A DNA stretch of 51,462 bases from a virus, in UHGV virus genome UHGV-0127437. One strand, written 5' to 3'. The notes beneath the pieces were generated by a model. The model saw only the letters and a list, made by a program, of their open reading frames with translations, was not told the DNA's origin and made no database searches. A program made the translations under genes and the position numbers. This document shows, piece by piece, positions 47,733-51,462 of the stretch; positions within the stretch are counted from its first letter, which is position 1; every line of letters starts with the position of its first letter.

Positions 47733-48821
47733 ATGTCCAATTTAGTCGCCACCACTGAAAACCAAACTCAGAAAATCGACAACGTTTCTATCCTGACGAA
47801 CGGGGAACTGTTCAACCGCCTGCGCACGCTTTCGGAGGTAATGGCCAACAGTGGAAACTTCGTCCCAGATCATTACCGGGGGAAACCGGACGCCTGCATG
47901 GCTGTTGTGATGCAGGCTGCGCGCTGGGGCATGGATCCTTTCGCTGTAGCGCAAAAGACTTTCATCGTCGGGAATTCCGGTGTGCTTGGTTATGAAGCGC
48001 AGCTGGTTAATGCGGTGATCAACACTATGGCCCCCACTAAGGATCGTATCCACTTTGAATGGTTCGGCGAATGGGAAAATATCGTTGGACGGTTCGTGGA
48101 GAAGACAAGCAGCCAGAATAAAAAGTACATCGCGCCGGGCTGGAATTTGAAAGACGAAGCTGGCGTGGGCGTTCGCGCCTGGGCAACGCTTAAAGGTGAA
48201 TCTGAACCGCGCGAGCTGGTCCTGATGCTTTCGCAAGCACAGGTACGCAATTCAACATTGTGGGCAACCGACCCACGCCAGCAGTTAGCCTATCTCGCCG
48301 TTAAACGTTGGGCGCGTCTCTACTGCCCCGACGTGATTCTCGGGGTTTATACCGCCGATGAGATTGACGAGCGTGAGGAGAAGGTAATCAACCCCTCGTC
48401 TGTTGAAAGGGTCACCATTGATGAGATTGCCAGCAGTGCGCGCACGACAGCCAGCGCGCAGGAATCAACTAAAAACATCGATCAGTTAGCCGACGATCTG
48501 CGTGACCGCATTGAAAAAGCAATGACGGTCGACCAGGCAAGCGCTATCCGCGGTGAAATCGAGACCGAAAAACCAATACTTGGCACAGCTCTATACACGG
48601 AACTGAAAAATAAGGCCGTTCGTCGTTATTACCTGGTCGATCACCGCAACCGGGTGGAAGCGGCTATCAATGCCCTGCCTAACCCGGGCGAACCAGAAGC
48701 GGCAGAACTGTTTGCTAAAGCTGAAGGCGTTCTCAATGCCGCCAAACGTCACTTGGGCGATGAACTGTACGACCAGTTCCGCATCACCCTGGACGACATG
48801 AAACCGGAATACGTGGGCTAA
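47733..48821 (+). CDS. RecT/Redbeta-family single-strand annealing protein
   Basis: 362-aa ORF; conserved-core-like segment AVVMQAARWGMDPFAVAQKTFIVG...GYEAQLVNAVIN similar in pattern to Bet/RecT core as recalled; position after exonuclease gene. Confidence 0.6.
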   Translation: MSNLVATTENQTQKIDNVSILTNGELFNRLRTLSEVMANSGNFVPDHYRGKPDACMAVVMQAARWGMDPFAVAQKTFIVGNSGVLGYEAQLVNAVINTMAPTKDRIHFEWFGEWENIVGRFVEKTSSQNKKYIAPGWNLKDEAGVGVRAWATLKGESEPRELVLMLSQAQVRNSTLWATDPRQQLAYLAVKRWARLYCPDVILGVYTADEIDEREEKVINPSSVERVTIDEIASSARTTASAQESTKNIDQLADDLRDRIEKAMTVDQASAIRGEIETEKPILGTALYTELKNKAVRRYYLVDHRNRVEAAINALPNPGEPEAAELFAKAEGVLNAAKRHLGDELYDQFRITLDDMKPEYVG

Positions 48822-48861
48822 GGGAGGCGGGAGGGCGGCCCCTCCCGTCACAGGGGGTTAT

Positions 48862-49101
48862 ATGCGCCTTATCAATCGCAGTAAGCAATCTCCGTTAGGT
48901 CGTCGGGCATGCGATGCAGCACTGGCAAAGCATGTTGAGCTTTACGGGGAGTTTGGCCGACAGAAAACAAAGACCACTTATACCGTGGCGGTCGACGGCG
49001 TGAAGGTGACAGTAGAAGTTGTTAACCGACATAAGAGCTATGTCGCCACCGCAATGACAGGTATGCGCCGACTGCGCGCACTGCCAGGGCAGATTGCCTG
49101 A
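48862..49101 (+). CDS. Hypothetical protein
   Basis: 79-aa ORF between recT-like gene and excisionase. Confidence 0.35.
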   Translation: MRLINRSKQSPLGRRACDAALAKHVELYGEFGRQKTKTTYTVAVDGVKVTVEVVNRHKSYVATAMTGMRRLRALPGQIA

Positions 49102-49165
49102 TAACGAATTATCAATGTCACAACACCGGCGCATCTATACTGGCGCCGGTTACCTGAGGTGAACC

Positions 49166-49381
49166 ATGTCACAGGTAATTTTTAACGAAGAGTGGGTTGT
49201 TGAGTCCAGACTTACCGAAAGAACAGGACTTACTGAAGGACAGATTAAAAATTATCGCCAGAAACTATGGGTTGAAGGTGTTCACTTCAAGCGCCTTACT
49301 GCGCTTGGACAGACTGACAACTCTAAAGGTCTGCTTTGGTACAACTACCCGAAGATTAATCAGTTAGTTCAGGATGCTTAA
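49166..49381 (+). CDS. xis: Excisionase-like protein
   Basis: 71-aa ORF immediately upstream of and overlapping integrase start; size/position typical of Xis. Confidence 0.6.
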   Translation: MSQVIFNEEWVVESRLTERTGLTEGQIKNYRQKLWVEGVHFKRLTALGQTDNSKGLLWYNYPKINQLVQDA

Positions 49382-50667
49382 TGAAATACCCGACTGGTGT
49401 TGAACTGCATAACGGAAAAATCAGGATCACATTTATCTATCGCGGCATTCGTTGCCGCGAAGTTCTCCAGGGTTGGGTTGTCAACAGTAGCAATATTAAA
49501 AAAGCGGGCAATCTGCGCGCGGCAATTGTGAGTGAGATACAACTCGGTAAGTTCGACTACGCAGATCGTTTCCCGGAATCAAAGGCTCTTAAGAAATTTT
49601 CGTCCACAAAACGGATCTCCACATTCAAAGAACTGAGTGATTTTTTTACAGATACAAAGTCACTGGAGGTATCTGAAGCCACTTTGCTATCCATCACATC
49701 AGTCGTTAACACCCTGAAACGAGTCGTGGGCGAGAACACACGGCTGGTTGATATTCAGCACGCAGATATTCTGAATTACCGCAAAGAACTCCTGACCGGG
49801 GAGGTTTTCAACCCTTCAATGCCAAACCGCATCAAAAATGGGCGCGCGCCCTCAACAGTCAATAAACAGATGGCTGTTTTATCAGAAATGCTGAAGCTTG
49901 CAAACCGAAGCCAGTTTATATTGCATGCTCCTTATGAAGGAGTGTCGAGACTCAAGTTATCTAAAAATGATCCCGATCCACTTTTACTTCATGAGTACCA
50001 GGCACTGATAGCCGCCCTTCCCCGTAGCCAGGCATTAATCATCATTATTGCAGTGCATACGGGGATGAGGCCGGGCGAGATATGCGCACTGGCATGGGAA
50101 GATATTGATTTGGTAAAAGGTGAAATCCACGTATCCAGAAATTTGACGAACAAGCGAGTATTTGTACCCCCTAAAACAGATGCCGGGATAAGGACGATAA
50201 CGTTGCTGAAACCTGCTCATGATGCTCTGCTGGAGCAATACGAAATCACCGGGAACAGTCCAAAACAGGAAATTAAGTTTCATCATCGTGAGATCGGAAA
50301 AACTGAGCAGCAATATCTTCGCTTCGTTTTTTCACCGACATCATACTCGTCAACGAAAGGCGGTTACTTTTCCAAGGACTCGATTTCCTATGGCTGGAGG
50401 CGTGGAACTAAACTTTCAGGTATACGTGAGCGCAATCCATATCAGTCGCGTCACACATATGCCTGCTGGACGCTGATGGCCGGAGCGAACCCGTCGTTCA
50501 TTGCCAGCCAGATGGGGCATGAAGATGCGCGTATGGTGTACGAGGTTTACTCCAAGTGGATTGGTGACATGAACCAGGATCAGGTCAACATGCTGAACAA
50601 TCAGATGCCGACAGCACTGCCCCCAGGACGCCCCCACGGGCGAGGGAGTATGAAAAAAGTCATTTAA
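49381..50667 (+). CDS. int: Tyrosine site-specific integrase
   Basis: 428-aa ORF; catalytic-region motifs HTGMRPGE...(R) and SRHTYACWTLMAGANPSFIASQMGH...Y typical of lambda-family tyrosine recombinases. Confidence 0.85.
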   Translation: MKYPTGVELHNGKIRITFIYRGIRCREVLQGWVVNSSNIKKAGNLRAAIVSEIQLGKFDYADRFPESKALKKFSSTKRISTFKELSDFFTDTKSLEVSEATLLSITSVVNTLKRVVGENTRLVDIQHADILNYRKELLTGEVFNPSMPNRIKNGRAPSTVNKQMAVLSEMLKLANRSQFILHAPYEGVSRLKLSKNDPDPLLLHEYQALIAALPRSQALIIIIAVHTGMRPGEICALAWEDIDLVKGEIHVSRNLTNKRVFVPPKTDAGIRTITLLKPAHDALLEQYEITGNSPKQEIKFHHREIGKTEQQYLRFVFSPTSYSSTKGGYFSKDSISYGWRRGTKLSGIRERNPYQSRHTYACWTLMAGANPSFIASQMGHEDARMVYEVYSKWIGDMNQDQVNMLNNQMPTALPPGRPHGRGSMKKVI

Positions 50668-50737
50668 TTTCATAGCGCTGGTTTCAATCCACACAATCAG
50701 CGTTAAACTACTAATACCGTTAATTTAGGGAGAAAAG

Positions 50738-51412
50738 ATGATGCGCGTACTGGTTGTCGAAGATAATGCCTTATTACGCCACCACCTGAAGGTTCAATTA
50801 CAGGATTTGGGGCACCAGGTTGATGACGCAGAAGATGCAAAGGAAGCCGATTATTATCTTAACGAGCATCTGCCGGACATCGCCATCGTCGATTTAGGCC
50901 TCCCGGATGAAGACGGGCTTTCGCTGATCCGCCGCTGGCGCAGCAATGACGTTTCCCTTCCTGTTCTGGTATTAACCGCCCGTGAGGGCTGGCAGGATAA
51001 AGTGGAAGTGCTGAGCGCCGGCGCCGACGACTACGTGACAAAACCATTTCATATTGAAGAAGTGGTCGCGCGTATGCAGGCGTTAATGCGCCGCAACAGC
51101 GGCCTGGCCTCGCAGGTTATCTCTATTCCGCCTTTTCAGGTGGATCTCTCCCGCCGTGAATTGTCCGTAAATGATGAAGTGATAAAACTGACGGCGTTTG
51201 AATACACCATTATGGAAACGCTGATCCGCAATAATGGCAAAGTCGTCAGCAAAGATTCGTTGATGCTACAGCTCTACCCGGATGCGGAACTGCGTGAAAG
51301 CCATACCATTGATGTATTAATGGGGCGCTTACGCAAAAAAATTCAGGCGCGATATCCTGATGATGTGATTACCACCGTCCGTGGTCAGGGATACCTGTTC
51401 GAACTGCGCTAA
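50738..51412 (+). CDS. phoP: Response regulator PhoP (OmpR family)
   Basis: 224-aa [26 protein letters not shown]...[12 protein letters not shown] essentially colinear with enterobacterial PhoP as recalled; receiver Asp and winged-helix domain. Confidence 0.9.
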   Translation: MMRVLVVEDNALLRHHLKVQLQDLGHQVDDAEDAKEADYYLNEHLPDIAIVDLGLPDEDGLSLIRRWRSNDVSLPVLVLTAREGWQDKVEVLSAGADDYVTKPFHIEEVVARMQALMRRNSGLASQVISIPPFQVDLSRRELSVNDEVIKLTAFEYTIMETLIRNNGKVVSKDSLMLQLYPDAELRESHTIDVLMGRLRKKIQARYPDDVITTVRGQGYLFELR

Positions 51413-51462
51413 TGAATAAATTACTGCGTCATCTTTTTCCTTTATCGCTGCGCCTGCGCTTT
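51412..51462 (+). CDS. phoQ: Sensor kinase PhoQ, 5' fragment (continues beyond window)
   Basis: ATG overlapping phoP stop (TAATG); [17 protein letters not shown] resembles PhoQ N-terminus. Confidence 0.7.
   Translation, partial: MNKLLRHLFPLSLRLRF

Overview
This window is almost entirely one integrated lambdoid prophage of about 49 kb (a siphovirus-type temperate phage), flanked by chromosomal umuDC on the left (50-1734, minus strand, with a LexA box) and phoP plus the start of phoQ on the right (50738-51462). Reading left to right the prophage carries: a gtrABC O-antigen glucosylation operon convergent with a tailspike gene; a minus-strand late block (tail tip, tape measure, G/T tail chaperone with a candidate -1 frameshift, major tail, head-tail genes, major capsid, portal, terminase); a lysis cassette (holin, SAR-type endolysin, Rz/Rz1) preceded by a Q-like antiterminator; a nin-like region with RusA, a PAPS-reductase-family protein and an AT-rich cargo island; replication genes O (with internal iterons) and P; a cro / short cI-like immunity switch; and a plus-strand early-left operon with RecE/RecT-like recombination genes, excisionase and a tyrosine integrase. 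The most interesting candidates for undescribed biology are uncharacterised accessory genes at classic moron/defence hotspots: a 306-aa membrane protein at the rexAB position next to cI, a five-gene AT-rich island (membrane proteins plus a SAM methyltransferase), a LexA-controlled dinI-like gene with a small downstream ORF (antirepressor-type induction module), and isolated low-GC ORFs after Rz, after Q and between the tail tip and tailspike. All calls rest on reading the ORF translations, motifs and DNA structure by eye; no database search was run, and family names come from remembered sequence features.
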